Shown one piece after another: positions 1 through 10,600 of a DNA stretch of 64,000 nt; position 1 is the stretch's first letter, and every line of letters starts with the position of its first letter. Source of the stretch: an uncultured Planctomycetaceae bacterium (GTDB lineage: Bacteria > Planctomycetota > Planctomycetia > Planctomycetales > Planctomycetaceae); contig CAXBME010000006.1 of NCBI GenBank assembly GCA_963976765.1, forward strand, positions 248,001 through 312,000. The letters run 5' to 3'. The translations under genes were made by a program, and so were the position numbers. The notes under the pieces are model-generated. The model was not told the origin of the DNA. It was given only the letters and a program-made list of their open reading frames with translations, and ran no database searches.

Positions 1-1
1 T

Positions 2-2074
2 CGCAAGTCCTGGGAAAAAATTCTGGGCATGTTGGAAATCGGAGCGATGCCTCCGGCAGATATGGAACAGCCGCCGGAAGAACTTCGAAACGAACTGACC
101 GCTTGGCTGGAAGACAAGCTCTTCAATCTGGACTGCGAACTTATCGACGACCCTGGCCGAGTGACCGTACGGCGTCTGAACCGCGTCGAGTATCGCAACA
201 CAATTCGAGATCTGCTGGCTGTCGACTTTGATCCGACTCAGAACTTTCCGTCGGACGACGTCGGCTACGGATTTGACAACATCGGAGACGTGCTGTCGTT
301 GTCGCCGTTGCTGATGGAAAAATACCTTGACGCCGCCGAGACGATTACCGCCCAGGCGATTCCAGTTGTGACCGCAGACGATCTTCGCACGACGATTGAT
401 TCTCGACGACTGAAGTCAAAACCGCAGGTTGGACAGCAAGGCGGGTTTATGACCGTCGCCAGCCGAGCCGATATCTGGACGGACTACGATGCTCCGCTGG
501 ACGGTGAATATGAAATCGATATCCGTGCGAAGGCGAATCAGTTCGGCAAAGAACTTGCGAAGATGGAACTTCGAGTTGACGGCAAGGTGGTGCGCACGTT
601 CGACGTGAAGGGCGAAATGAAGGCAGACGACTATGTTCACAAAATGCGGTTGAACGCCGGTCAGCACAAAATTCTGGTGACGTTTACCAACGACGAATAC
701 GTCGCGAAGAAAGGCGACCGAAATCTGTTTGTCGGGCGGTTTGCAATCACGCGACCGGCAAATAAGTCGAAACTGAACAAAGTCATCCAGCATTGGCCAG
801 GGCAGGGCAAGGGGATTCGTGACGCAGCAACGGCGACCTTGACGCCGCTGATCAAGCGAGCGTTCCGCGGCCCGATCACCGATGACGAAGTCAGCCCGTT
901 TGTCGACATCGTGGAAATGGCGACAGGCGATGGCGAACTCTTCGAGCAGGGAATTCAGTATGCTCTTCAGGCGGTGCTGGTGTCGCCGAGGTTTCTTTTC
1001 CGCATCGAAACTGACGGTCGCCCCAACGACCCGATGGCCGAGAGACCGGTCACTGACTACGAACTCGCCTCGCGGCTATCGTACTTTCTGTGGAGCAGCA
1101 TGCCGGACGAAGAACTTTCTGGTCTGGCCGAACGTGGCAAACTTCGCGACGCCAATGTGTTGAAGAGTCAGGTCACGCGGATGCTCAATGATTCGAAGTC
1201 GCGAGCACTGGTCGACAACTTTGCGGGGCAGTGGCTGAACCTGGCCATGCTTGACGAGCTGGTTCCCGACCCGAACGTCTTTCCGGATTTCGACTCTGCT
1301 CTTCGAAACGCCATGAAGCAGGAATCTCTGCTGCTTTTCGAAACGGTCATGCGGGAAAACCGCAGCGTGTTGGATTTTCTCGACGCCGATTTCACGTATA
1401 TGAACGGTCGCCTCGCAAAGCATTACGGTCGTGACGGAGTCAAAGGCGATCAGTTTCAGAAGGTCTCACTGGAAAAAGGCCGTCGCGCGGGCATCCTGAC
1501 TCACGCCAGCATTCTGACGCTGACCAGCAACCCGGAACGAACATCACCGGTCAAACGTGGTAAGTGGATCATGGAGAACATCCTGGGGGAAACTCCACCA
1601 CCTCCGCCGCCGGGAGTGCCCGAGCTGGAAGAAACGGCGAAGAACAATCCGAACTTCACGCTGCGTGAGCAACTGAAAATCCACCGAGCCGATCCTGGCT
1701 GCGCCTCGTGCCACAGGACGATGGACGTTCTGGGATTCGGATTCGAGAACTTCGACGCGACTGGCCGCTGGCGAGACAAAGACGGCAACCACGAAATTGA
1801 TCCGGCGGGCGAACTGCCGACCGGCGATTCGTTTTCCAGTCCAACCGAACTCGTCGCGATTCTGAAGAACCGCCAAGTGGATTTTGCCCGTTGCCTGTCG
1901 GAAAAAATGCTGACCTACGCACTGGGGAGGGGTCTTGAGTATTATGACCGCTGTGCGACCGACGAAATTCTTCAGCGACTCAGTGCTAACAACTATCACT
2001 TTTCGGAACTCGTGCTGGGAATTGTCACCAGCAAGCCGTTCCAGAAACGCCGCGGAGATGGAGAACGAGAATGA
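2..2074 (+). CDS. DUF1592/DUF1588/DUF1587/DUF1595/DUF1585 planctomycete cytochrome c domain protein (5' truncated by window)
   Basis: RRLNRVEYRNTIRDLL, YELASRLSYFLWSSMPD, TSPVKRGKWI, heme motif CASCH, YALGRGL. The insert FTNDEY..DRNLFV resembles a CBM60-like module. The frame is open back to position 2. Confidence 0.9.
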   Translation, partial: RKSWEKILGMLEIGAMPPADMEQPPEELRNELTAWLEDKLFNLDCELIDDPGRVTVRRLNRVEYRNTIRDLLAVDFDPTQNFPSDDVGYGFDNIGDVLSLSPLLMEKYLDAAETITAQAIPVVTADDLRTTIDSRRLKSKPQVGQQGGFMTVASRADIWTDYDAPLDGEYEIDIRAKANQFGKELAKMELRVDGKVVRTFDVKGEMKADDYVHKMRLNAGQHKILVTFTNDEYVAKKGDRNLFVGRFAITRPANKSKLNKVIQHWPGQGKGIRDAATATLTPLIKRAFRGPITDDEVSPFVDIVEMATGDGELFEQGIQYALQAVLVSPRFLFRIETDGRPNDPMAERPVTDYELASRLSYFLWSSMPDEELSGLAERGKLRDANVLKSQVTRMLNDSKSRALVDNFAGQWLNLAMLDELVPDPNVFPDFDSALRNAMKQESLLLFETVMRENRSVLDFLDADFTYMNGRLAKHYGRDGVKGDQFQKVSLEKGRRAGILTHASILTLTSNPERTSPVKRGKWIMENILGETPPPPPPGVPELEETAKNNPNFTLREQLKIHRADPGCASCHRTMDVLGFGFENFDATGRWRDKDGNHEIDPAGELPTGDSFSSPTELVAILKNRQVDFARCLSEKMLTYALGRGLEYYDRCATDEILQRLSANNYHFSELVLGIVTSKPFQKRRGDGERE

Positions 2075-3426
2075 CAGCCCACATTCGCAAACTGAATCAA
2101 CTTTCCCGCCGAACGATCCTGCGAGGCGTCGGCGCGACGATGAGCCTTCCCCTTCTGGAAGCCATGCTTTCGAACAATGGCCTTGCGGCTGGAGCGTCCA
2201 GCGAGGCACCGCTACGAACGGCGTACGTCTTCTTCCCCAACGGCGCTATCATGCCGGATTGGACTCCGAAGAGCGAAGGAGAGAACTTCGAATTCTCGAA
2301 AACGCTGAAACCTCTGGAGCCGTTCAAAAGCAGCCTGAACGTGATCAGTGGGCTGGCTCAGGACAATGGTCGCGCAAAGGGCGACGGCGCTGGCGACCAC
2401 GCCCGGTCGGCATCGACATTCCTGACCGGAGCACACCCGGTTAAGACAGCCGGATCGGACATTAAGGTAGGCATCTCGGTCGACCAGTTCGCGGCTCAGC
2501 AGGTCGGGAAAGAAACACGGCTGCCGTCACTGGAAGTTGGCCTCGAATCCGGTCGAACCGCTGGCAGTTGCGACTCCGGTTACAGTTGCGCGTACTCATC
2601 GACGATCAGCTGGAAGACCGAGCGCACGCCGATGCCGGTTGAAATCAACCCGAAACTGGTCTTTGATCGCCTCTTCAGTTCTTCGAATGGTTCGCCGCAG
2701 GAACGCGCCAAACGAGCAAAGTATCGCCGCAGTATTCTCGACGTCGTCGCAGGCGATGCTCAGCGTTTGAGCAGGAACCTTGGCAAGACTGACCAGCACA
2801 AGATCGACGAATACTTCACCAGCGTCCGTGAGATTGAACAGCGCATCGGTCAGGCAGAACAGTCAGCGAAGCTGGAAACGCCTGACTTTGAAATTCCGGA
2901 TGGAATTCCCAAAGATCTCGCCGAGCATTCGCGGCTGATGTACGACCTGATGCTTCTGGCCTTTCGAACGGACAGCACCCGCATCGCGACGATGATGCTG
3001 GCAACCGAGGGCAGCAACCGCAGCTATCCCTGGGTCGGCGTCAACAGTGGTCACCATTCGCTGTCGCACCATCGTGATGATAAGCAGAAGGTTGCCGACC
3101 TGCAGAAGATCGACAACTTCCACGTCACGCAGTTTGCTTACTTCCTGAAGCGGCTCAGCGAGACGAAAGACGGCAACGGCAGCCTGCTGGACCATTCAAT
3201 GATCGTGCTTGGCAGCGGCCTGGGAGACGGCAATCGTCATCGTCACGATGAGCTGCCGATCGTTGTTGCCGGCGGTGGTTCGGGAACGGTCAAAAACGGT
3301 CGCCATATCCGCCTTAAGAAGGAAACGCCGTTGAACAACCTGTTCCTGTCGATGCTCCAGCGGATGGACGTCAAAACGAACTCCTTCGGCGACAGCGACG
3401 GTCCGCTGAAAGAGATTGATGCCTGA
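2071..3426 (+). CDS. DUF1552 (HXXSHH) domain protein
   Basis: Tat-like SRRTILRGVG, CDSGYSCAY, GHHSLSHH; ATGA overlap with the upstream DUF1592 gene, its usual partner. Confidence 0.9.
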   Translation: MTAHIRKLNQLSRRTILRGVGATMSLPLLEAMLSNNGLAAGASSEAPLRTAYVFFPNGAIMPDWTPKSEGENFEFSKTLKPLEPFKSSLNVISGLAQDNGRAKGDGAGDHARSASTFLTGAHPVKTAGSDIKVGISVDQFAAQQVGKETRLPSLEVGLESGRTAGSCDSGYSCAYSSTISWKTERTPMPVEINPKLVFDRLFSSSNGSPQERAKRAKYRRSILDVVAGDAQRLSRNLGKTDQHKIDEYFTSVREIEQRIGQAEQSAKLETPDFEIPDGIPKDLAEHSRLMYDLMLLAFRTDSTRIATMMLATEGSNRSYPWVGVNSGHHSLSHHRDDKQKVADLQKIDNFHVTQFAYFLKRLSETKDGNGSLLDHSMIVLGSGLGDGNRHRHDELPIVVAGGGSGTVKNGRHIRLKKETPLNNLFLSMLQRMDVKTNSFGDSDGPLKEIDA

Positions 3427-3666
3427 CCAGATGAGGGACTGCGACTCTCTCGTGTTTTGATCCACATAGCTGGCAGGGTCGTGACCCGGCAACAGTCTGT
3501 TCCCATTTGCTGATGTAGCGTTGTTGCTTTTGTAGTTTCTGGTCGGCTCAGATTCGTGTCAGATAGCATGAGTGAGCTTGCCGGATCGCGCCCCGGCCTG
3601 CACCTCTGCTTCTCAGTCTTTACTCCTCGAACGTCGATTTACGACCACGGTACCATAGATTCAATC

Positions 3667-4863
3667 ATGAAATACGTCCTTGTTATCCCCGACGGAGCTG
3701 CCGATGAGCCTCAGGAATCGCTCGGAGGACTGACTCCGTTTCAGGCGGCGAAGACTCCCAACATGGATGCCGTCGCGAAGGCGGGTGTCGTCGGGCGAGC
3801 GAATCACGTTCCGGATTCCATGCCGTCAGGAAGCGACGTCGGCACGATGAGCCTCTTCGGATATGACCCGTTGAAGTTTCACACCGGTCGCGCTCCACTG
3901 GAAGCCGCCGCGCAGGGAATTGAACTCGGAGCCGATGACTGGGCGATCCGCTGCAACCTGGTGACGATCCTCGACGGAGTGATGAAGAGTTTCACCGCCG
4001 GTCAGATGCCCAACGACATCGGCGCGAACCTCATTCAACTTCTGCAGAAGGATCAATGCGGCAGCGAGAACTGGAAGTTCTACACCGGTGTCAGCTATCG
4101 AAATCTGCTGCTGTACCGCTCACGAAACGGCGAGGCTCCGTTTTCGTCAGAGACTCAGTCGACCCCGCCGCACGACATCACCGACCAGAATGTCGCTCCG
4201 TATCTTCCGACCGGCCCCGGCGCCGATCAGCTTCTCGATCTGATGCAGAGAAGTGTTTCGCTGTTCGCCTCCGACGAAGCCAACACAGCCCGCGGCAGAA
4301 GCGCTGCCACGCAGACCTGGTTGTGGGGGATTGGAAAGCGTCCGGCGCTGACGCCGTTCAAGGAACGTTTCGGCGTTCACAGTGCCGTCATCACCGCCGT
4401 CGACCTGTTGCGGGGGATCGGTCGACTCCTTGGTTGGGATGTGATCGAGGTCGAAGGCGCGACGGGATATCTCGACACCGACTACGCCGCTAAAGGCCGA
4501 GCAGGTATTGAGACCTTAAAAGACCACGACTTCGTTGTCGTGCATATCGAGGCGTCTGATGAAGCGTCTCACGAAGGTGAGGCGGATGCGAAAATCGAAG
4601 CTCTGGAAAGAATCGACGCCGACATCGTCGGGCCGATTCACGAGTACCTGAAATCTCAGGGTGACTATCGGATGCTGCTCTCGCCCGATCATCCGACGTT
4701 TTTGCGGACAAAGACCCACGCTCACGGTTATGTCCCCGTGGCTGCTTGCGGAACAGGCATTGCTGTAGATTCTGCGTCGACCTACGACGATGTCACCGGC
4801 GCCGCGTCGAGTCTGGTCTTTGAACAAGGCTGTGACCTGATGCCGTGGTTCCTCAAGAGCTGA
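3667..4863 (+). CDS. Cofactor-independent phosphoglycerate mutase (ApgM family)
   Basis: MKYVLVIPDGAADEP, PSGSDVGTMS, GRAPLEAAA, DEASHEG, SPDHPT; start set at ATG 3667. Confidence 0.85.
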   Translation: MKYVLVIPDGAADEPQESLGGLTPFQAAKTPNMDAVAKAGVVGRANHVPDSMPSGSDVGTMSLFGYDPLKFHTGRAPLEAAAQGIELGADDWAIRCNLVTILDGVMKSFTAGQMPNDIGANLIQLLQKDQCGSENWKFYTGVSYRNLLLYRSRNGEAPFSSETQSTPPHDITDQNVAPYLPTGPGADQLLDLMQRSVSLFASDEANTARGRSAATQTWLWGIGKRPALTPFKERFGVHSAVITAVDLLRGIGRLLGWDVIEVEGATGYLDTDYAAKGRAGIETLKDHDFVVVHIEASDEASHEGEADAKIEALERIDADIVGPIHEYLKSQGDYRMLLSPDHPTFLRTKTHAHGYVPVAACGTGIAVDSASTYDDVTGAASSLVFEQGCDLMPWFLKS

Positions 4864-4994
4864 GCGACGCGGTTGATGATCCGGGCCGACCGACAGGTTC
4901 GGAATCACTGACAAGCCGTCGGACCGAGTGTTATCGTTCCGCTCAGGTTCTGATCGTAAACTGAGCAATCTCAGAAATAAGAAAGTCCGTATCG

Positions 4995-5825
4995 ATGAAA
5001 TTTGCCATCTGCCAGGAACTCTACGAAGGCTGGGAATGGGAACGTCAGTGTGAGTTCTCTGCGAGCCTTGGTTACACAGGGTTGGAACTGGCACCGTTCA
5101 CGCTCGGCGATCGGATTTCGGCCGTCAGTGCCGAGCAGCGGGCGACTCTTAAGAAGCAGGCTGAAGATCACGGAATGGAGATCATCGGCCTTCACTGGCT
5201 GCTTGCCAAAACCGAAGGGCTGCATCTCACAACTTCGGATCCCGCTGTCCGGAAGGCGACCAGTGACTACTTGACTGAACTCGGTCAGGCGTGCGCAGAC
5301 TTCGGCGGTTCAATCATGGTCTTCGGCTCGCCGTTCCAGAGGAACCTGGAAGACGGCATGTCGACCGAACAGGCGATGGCCAACGCTGCCGACGTCTTCA
5401 AGAGCTGCCTGCCGAGTTTCGCGGATCGAGGTGTTTCGATCTGCATGGAGCCGTTAACGCCAAAAGAAACTGATTTCATCAACACCTGTCAGCAGGCGAT
5501 GGACCTGATTGAGATGATCGATGAGCCGAACATCGTTCTGCATCAGGACGTCAAAGCAATGCTCGGTGCCGAAGAGAAGTCTGTGGCAGAACTCATTCAC
5601 GAATTCAAAGACGCCGTTGGCCACTTCCACGTCAACGATACAAACCTTCTGGGACCGGGCATGGGCAAGACCGACTATCGCCCGATCGTCAAGGCACTGC
5701 TTGAGTCGAAGTACAACGGGTGGGTCTCTGTTGAAGTCTTTGACTACAGCCCGGGTGCAGAGAACATCGCGCGACAAAGCATCGACTACATGAAACGCAT
5801 CATTGATGAAGTGAGTGAGTCTTAA
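4995..5825 (+). CDS. Sugar phosphate isomerase/epimerase (D-tagatose 3-epimerase-like TIM barrel)
   Basis: Metal-ligand motifs MEPL, HQDVKAM, HFHVND, SVEVF. Confidence 0.85.
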   Translation: MKFAICQELYEGWEWERQCEFSASLGYTGLELAPFTLGDRISAVSAEQRATLKKQAEDHGMEIIGLHWLLAKTEGLHLTTSDPAVRKATSDYLTELGQACADFGGSIMVFGSPFQRNLEDGMSTEQAMANAADVFKSCLPSFADRGVSICMEPLTPKETDFINTCQQAMDLIEMIDEPNIVLHQDVKAMLGAEEKSVAELIHEFKDAVGHFHVNDTNLLGPGMGKTDYRPIVKALLESKYNGWVSVEVFDYSPGAENIARQSIDYMKRIIDEVSES

Positions 5826-6160
5826 TCATGCTCACGTCATGAGGTTGGTCTGTCTTCAAAATGCGAAGCAGGATGTCCCTGGCTCGCAATGAATGTTTAA
5901 GTCGAAGAATGTTGAAGCCGATAAGCGATCGAATGAATCTAAAAGTCGAAAGAAAACCCTTGCCAAAAGAATCAGAATTGATAAGTATTGCCCGCGAATC
6001 GAGTGTAAGCCCTTGAGTATTCATCACTTCAAAGCTTACGCGAGACCACTCAAGGTTGATTGGTCGGTTCAAAATCGAATGGGAATGACTGACTGTCGAC
6101 ACCAGGCCCGGTTAACCAGCGGCATCAGTCACCCAGGGTTCCCGTTAAGGAGGATCGAAG

Positions 6161-6364
6161 GTGGCTAAGAAGAAGGCTGTGAAGAAGAAGGCTGCTCCTA
6201 AGAAGAAAGCAGCTGCCAAGAAGAAGGCTGCTCCTAAGAAGAAGGCTGCTGCCAAGAAGAAGGCTGCTACTAAAAAGAAGGCTACTAAAAAGAAGGCTGC
6301 TGCTAAGAAAAAAGCTGCAACCAAAAAGAAAGCAACGAAAAAGAAGGCTACCAGGAAGAAGTAA
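6161..6364 (+). CDS. Small Lys/Ala-rich histone H1-like DNA-binding protein
   Basis: 67 aa made of 11 KKK-A(A)x units, no acidic residues; strong SD AAGGAGG before GTG; terminator downstream. Confidence 0.8.
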   Translation: MAKKKAVKKKAAPKKKAAAKKKAAPKKKAAAKKKAATKKKATKKKAAAKKKAATKKKATKKKATRKK

Positions 6365-6430
6365 TTTTGCTGGCAACTGGCAGTGTTCCACAGTCAGTCT
6401 GGCCGCTGAATACAACTGGCAACAACGAGG

Positions 6431-6458
6431 AAAGGCGGTCGAACACGACCGCCTTTTC
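6431..6458 (+). terminator. Intrinsic terminator, probably bidirectional
   Basis: AAAGGCGGTCG-AACA-CGACCGCCTTT-T between convergent genes. Confidence 0.8.
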
Positions 6459-6613
6459 TATTGGTTTCAGGCCTTTTTCGTTACTGAAATGCGAAACAAC
6501 GCCTCGACCGCAGTTCTGAATTGCAGCTGTTTCGCATCACTCCGTCAGGCTGCCAGAATAAGAGACGATCGGAAGTCGAAGCCCTCAAAACAACCGTTTT
6601 AGATCAGCGATTG

Positions 6614-7519
6614 TTACTTCCGCCGGGCAGTGCTGACACGATTTCGGCCGCCCTCTTTCGACGCATAAAGCGCTCGGTCTGCGGACTCGATCATCCACCT
6701 TGAGGACAGGTCGCACGGGTTCATGCAGAGCGTCGATGAAACGACGCCAAAGCTTGCGGTGACGGGTACCAGCTGAGCTTTGTTGCGCAACTGCAGACTC
6801 TCGATCTCTTTGCGAACGCGCTCAGCCATGATGACAGCACCGTCGAGATCTGTCTCTCGGAGGATCAGTCCGAACTCTTCACCACCGTACCGACACGGCC
6901 AATCGGATGTTCGTGCTGAGTCCTGCAGAACATCACCGACGGCCTGGAGAACTTCATCGCCGAACGGGTGACCGTGATTGTCATTCAGATTTTTGAACTT
7001 ATCAACGTCCATCATGATGAGCGACATCGGACGATCATAACGAGCTGCTGCTGCGACTTCTTCGTGCATACGTTGATCAAAATGGGCTCGGTTCCAGAGT
7101 CCGGTCAGACCATCGATCATCGCACGCTGAGCCAGCATGTCCTGAAATCGTTTTGTTCGAAGTGCCGCCCTGACGCGAGCATTTAACTCCGCTGAATCGA
7201 AAGGCTTCTGAATGTAGTCGACGGCTCCCACATCAAAGCCGAGCACTTTCTGGTCGACGTCAGACGCTCCCGTCAGAAAGATCACTGGAATATTTCGCGT
7301 TTCTGTCGTTGCTTTCAACTTACGACAGATATCAAAGCCGCTGGCGTCCGGCATCATTACGTCGAGCAGAATCAAATCTGGATTACTGGCAATCGCTTGT
7401 TCGAAACCGTCAAATCCACAGTTGGCATGTGCCAGTTCGACGTCAAGATTCTTGAGACGAACCTTGAGCAACTGATGAATCTCAGGCGAATCGTCGATGG
7501 CAAGAACTGTTTGCGTCAT
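6614..7519 (-). CDS. Response regulator diguanylate cyclase (REC-GGDEF)
   Basis: REC motifs VLAIDD, LLDVMMP, KPF; GGEEF active site with RxxD I-site (RTSD) five residues upstream. Confidence 0.92.
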   Translation of the reverse strand: MTQTVLAIDDSPEIHQLLKVRLKNLDVELAHANCGFDGFEQAIASNPDLILLDVMMPDASGFDICRKLKATTETRNIPVIFLTGASDVDQKVLGFDVGAVDYIQKPFDSAELNARVRAALRTKRFQDMLAQRAMIDGLTGLWNRAHFDQRMHEEVAAAARYDRPMSLIMMDVDKFKNLNDNHGHPFGDEVLQAVGDVLQDSARTSDWPCRYGGEEFGLILRETDLDGAVIMAERVRKEIESLQLRNKAQLVPVTASFGVVSSTLCMNPCDLSSRWMIESADRALYASKEGGRNRVSTARRK

Positions 7520-7628
7520 GGCCGTGTCTCCCGACTGAGACTGTCAATAATCAGGCGTCGAAACTTCCTCGACGAGAATCGAGGTGACCGCCACTTAATC
7601 TGTGTTTGCAGAACATTCTTAAGAACCC

Positions 7629-10600
7629 TTAGCTGACGGATTCAGTCATCGAAGAATTCGATTTTGACGCAGTGCTAAGAACCTGAGCCAGCGACATCAG
7701 TGTGGCGGATAGTTGCTGACTGTCGATGGTCGGATCGTTCAGGTTTGCGAATTGAGCAGCAATTTCCCTCAACGGATTGCCGACAGCCGACCCCGCAGCG
7801 TTTGAGGAGTGAACGATCTCAGGGACATTCTGATGAATCGATTCCAGCATGGCATTTTGCCTGTCGCTTGTTGCCGGTTCTTCGGGCGGAACCTGATTTC
7901 CAGCTGCAGCTACAATTGCGGCATCAACTGGGCCCACAGTTTCCTTCAACGATTCCAGACCTCGGACCCCTGCAATCGCACCACGGCACTGATCAACCAG
8001 TAAAGTCAGAGCCTTTTCGATCTGAACATCCTCAGCATTCTGTTTCGCAAGCTGCTCAACATCGAAAGCAAGCTCACTGAGAGTCGGGTAGCCGTACCCG
8101 CCGGCCGCTCCTTTGAGCTGATGAGCGATTCCTGACACGGTCGTGAAATTTCTATCGTCGAAAGCGGTGAGGATCGAGTCAATTCGCTCAGAAAGGCCAT
8201 CGACAAACATCTCGATGATTTCAAGCATGTCCGGGTCGTCTGCAAAGTCACTGATCAGTGGTTCGATGCAGGCTCGTGATCTTTGCGGAACAGATGCCTC
8301 ATTGTCAGTGGTCAATAACGTGCCGGCACGGTCAGTTGACGTCGATGAAAGACTCTTTGAGCCGTCGTCGGGAAGCTTGATTTCCGAAATGACCTCGGGA
8401 TCGTTCATCGTTTCGGAGGGTACAACAACTTCGGCTTCGAGTTTTCGCGTGGATGACGTATCAAGCGAGGCGGGTGCTGTCTCCAGGCTCCGTGGTTCTA
8501 TAACAATTCTGTCCTGGTCCTCGACACTGGCGGCGTTCCACGATTGTCGCACCGTGGAAACCAGCTTGTCGACGTCGATCGGCTTTGTGAGATAGTTGTC
8601 GCAACCCGCGTTGATGCATTTTTCCCGGTCACCGTTCATCGCGTGAGCCGTCAGTGCGCAGATCGGACCTTTGTAACCAGTTTCGCGTAATTTGGAGGCC
8701 GCCTGGTAACCATCCATGACGGGCATCTGCATGTCCATGAAAATAAGGTCGAATGGCTCGTTCCGCTTTTCAGCTGCCGTGGCTTCGTCGAAGGCGATCT
8801 TGCCGTTTTCCGCCGTCGTTACATGACAGCCGGCCTTCTTCAGATGGAAGGAAATCAGACGACGATTATCAACACCGTCTTCCGCCAGCAGCACTCGTGC
8901 ATTTACCGGGCCGGACGCAGCAACGGTTTTCTCCTGGTCCATGGACTCCGAGACGTTAATTTCGGATGGGTCAGTGATGATTTCGACATTCTCCAGTGAG
9001 CCGGTTGGGAGACTGAATTCGAAACACGATCCCAGACCAGGCACACTCGACACAGTTATTTCGCCACCCATCATGTTGACCAGAGTCTTGCTGATCGTCA
9101 GTCCGAGTCCCGTTCCGCCAAACTTGCGGGTTGTCGAGTAGTCTGCCTGCGTAAACGGTCGGAACAGTCTCGATTTCTGATCTTCCGTCATGCCGATGCC
9201 AGAATCGACGACACGAAAGTTGATTGTTGGATTATCACCGTCAAGTCCTTCGCTCCAGACATGAACTTTCACGGCTCCGTCTTTGGTGAACTTGATCGCG
9301 TTCCCCACCAGGTTAATGAGAACCTGTCGGATTCGTACAGGATCACTCTTGATCGATGCCGGAACGGCGCTGTCGTATTTGATGTGGAAATCAATATCGC
9401 TTTCAGCCGCCCGAACTCTCATCAACGACGCTACGTCGCTGACAAGTTGACATGGTGAGCACTGAATTGACTCGACGGTCATCCGGTCGGCTTCGATTTT
9501 TGAAAGGTCCAGGATGTCGTTGATCAATGTCAGCAGATGATCCGCATTTCGACGAATCGTCGACACGCAGTTCACTCGATCATCCGCCGTTTGTGCCGGA
9601 TCAAGCAGCAGGTCCGAGTAACCGATGATCGCTGACATTGGAGTTCGAATCTCATGACTCATGTTGGCCAGGAACTGACTTTTTGCCGCTGTCGCTGATT
9701 CTGCGGCCAGTCGTGCTTCGTGAAGCTGCTCTTCAACAGCCTTCTGTTCGGTAATGTCTGTCAGGATTCCGGTAATGACGCTGTGATCGTTGAACTTCAC
9801 TTCCGCTGCTGAAAACTGAACGTAGAACTTTGTCCCGCACGGTCGATATGCGACCAGAACCTGTTTGGTTCCGATCAGCGAATTGATATCCAGAATTCGA
9901 GCGTGGTTACTTTCGTCATCGTCGCCGACCATTACCCGTTCGACCAATGTGTTGAGTTGCGCGCCGATCAGCTCTGATTCTTCGCACTGGAACAGATTCA
10001 GCGTTGCTTCGTTGCATGCTTCGATCGCTCCCTGGCCGCTAATCGTGATGATGCCTTCGGATGCGGTGTTAAAGATGGTACGAAGTCGTGCCTGCTGATC
10101 GGCCAGCTCTGCGGCCTGCCGGCTGCTGGTGTCTATTGAAGCATGAACAGCCCGCGACAGTTTATGCCCGTACCAGGACCCCAGAACGATCATCATCAAG
10201 ACACCGGCTCCGAACCATGATTGATAGCCGCGAACGGTTTCGGCATCCGCAAGCTGTAGCTCAAAACGTGTGTCATGGATGCCACGAATGAACTGGTTCA
10301 GCTTGCTCATTTCCTTTCCGCTTTCGCCGCTGGCGTGGTTCACCAGGGCAAGATGATGAACTGCGGCTTCGTAATCGCCTTTGCGCGCGAGCTGAAGAAT
10401 TTCGCGGGACTGAGTAATGACTTCTTCGACATGTTCGCCAAACCGCGACAAGCCGCGAACGATGTCGTCGACCTGGTCCGGTGGAACGTTCTGGCGAGCT
10501 TCAGCTCTGGCCAGTTCGAGTTGTTCTTCGAAACGTGACTCAGCGGTGTTAAGCCGCAGTTCTTCGCGATCGACATTCTTCGATTCAAAGACGTCGGTAC

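Noticed and set aside
6161..6364. AAGAAGGCTGCT tandem repeats as a CRISPR or satellite
   Set aside because: Repeats are in frame, vary synonymously and encode the KKKAA protein; no spacers
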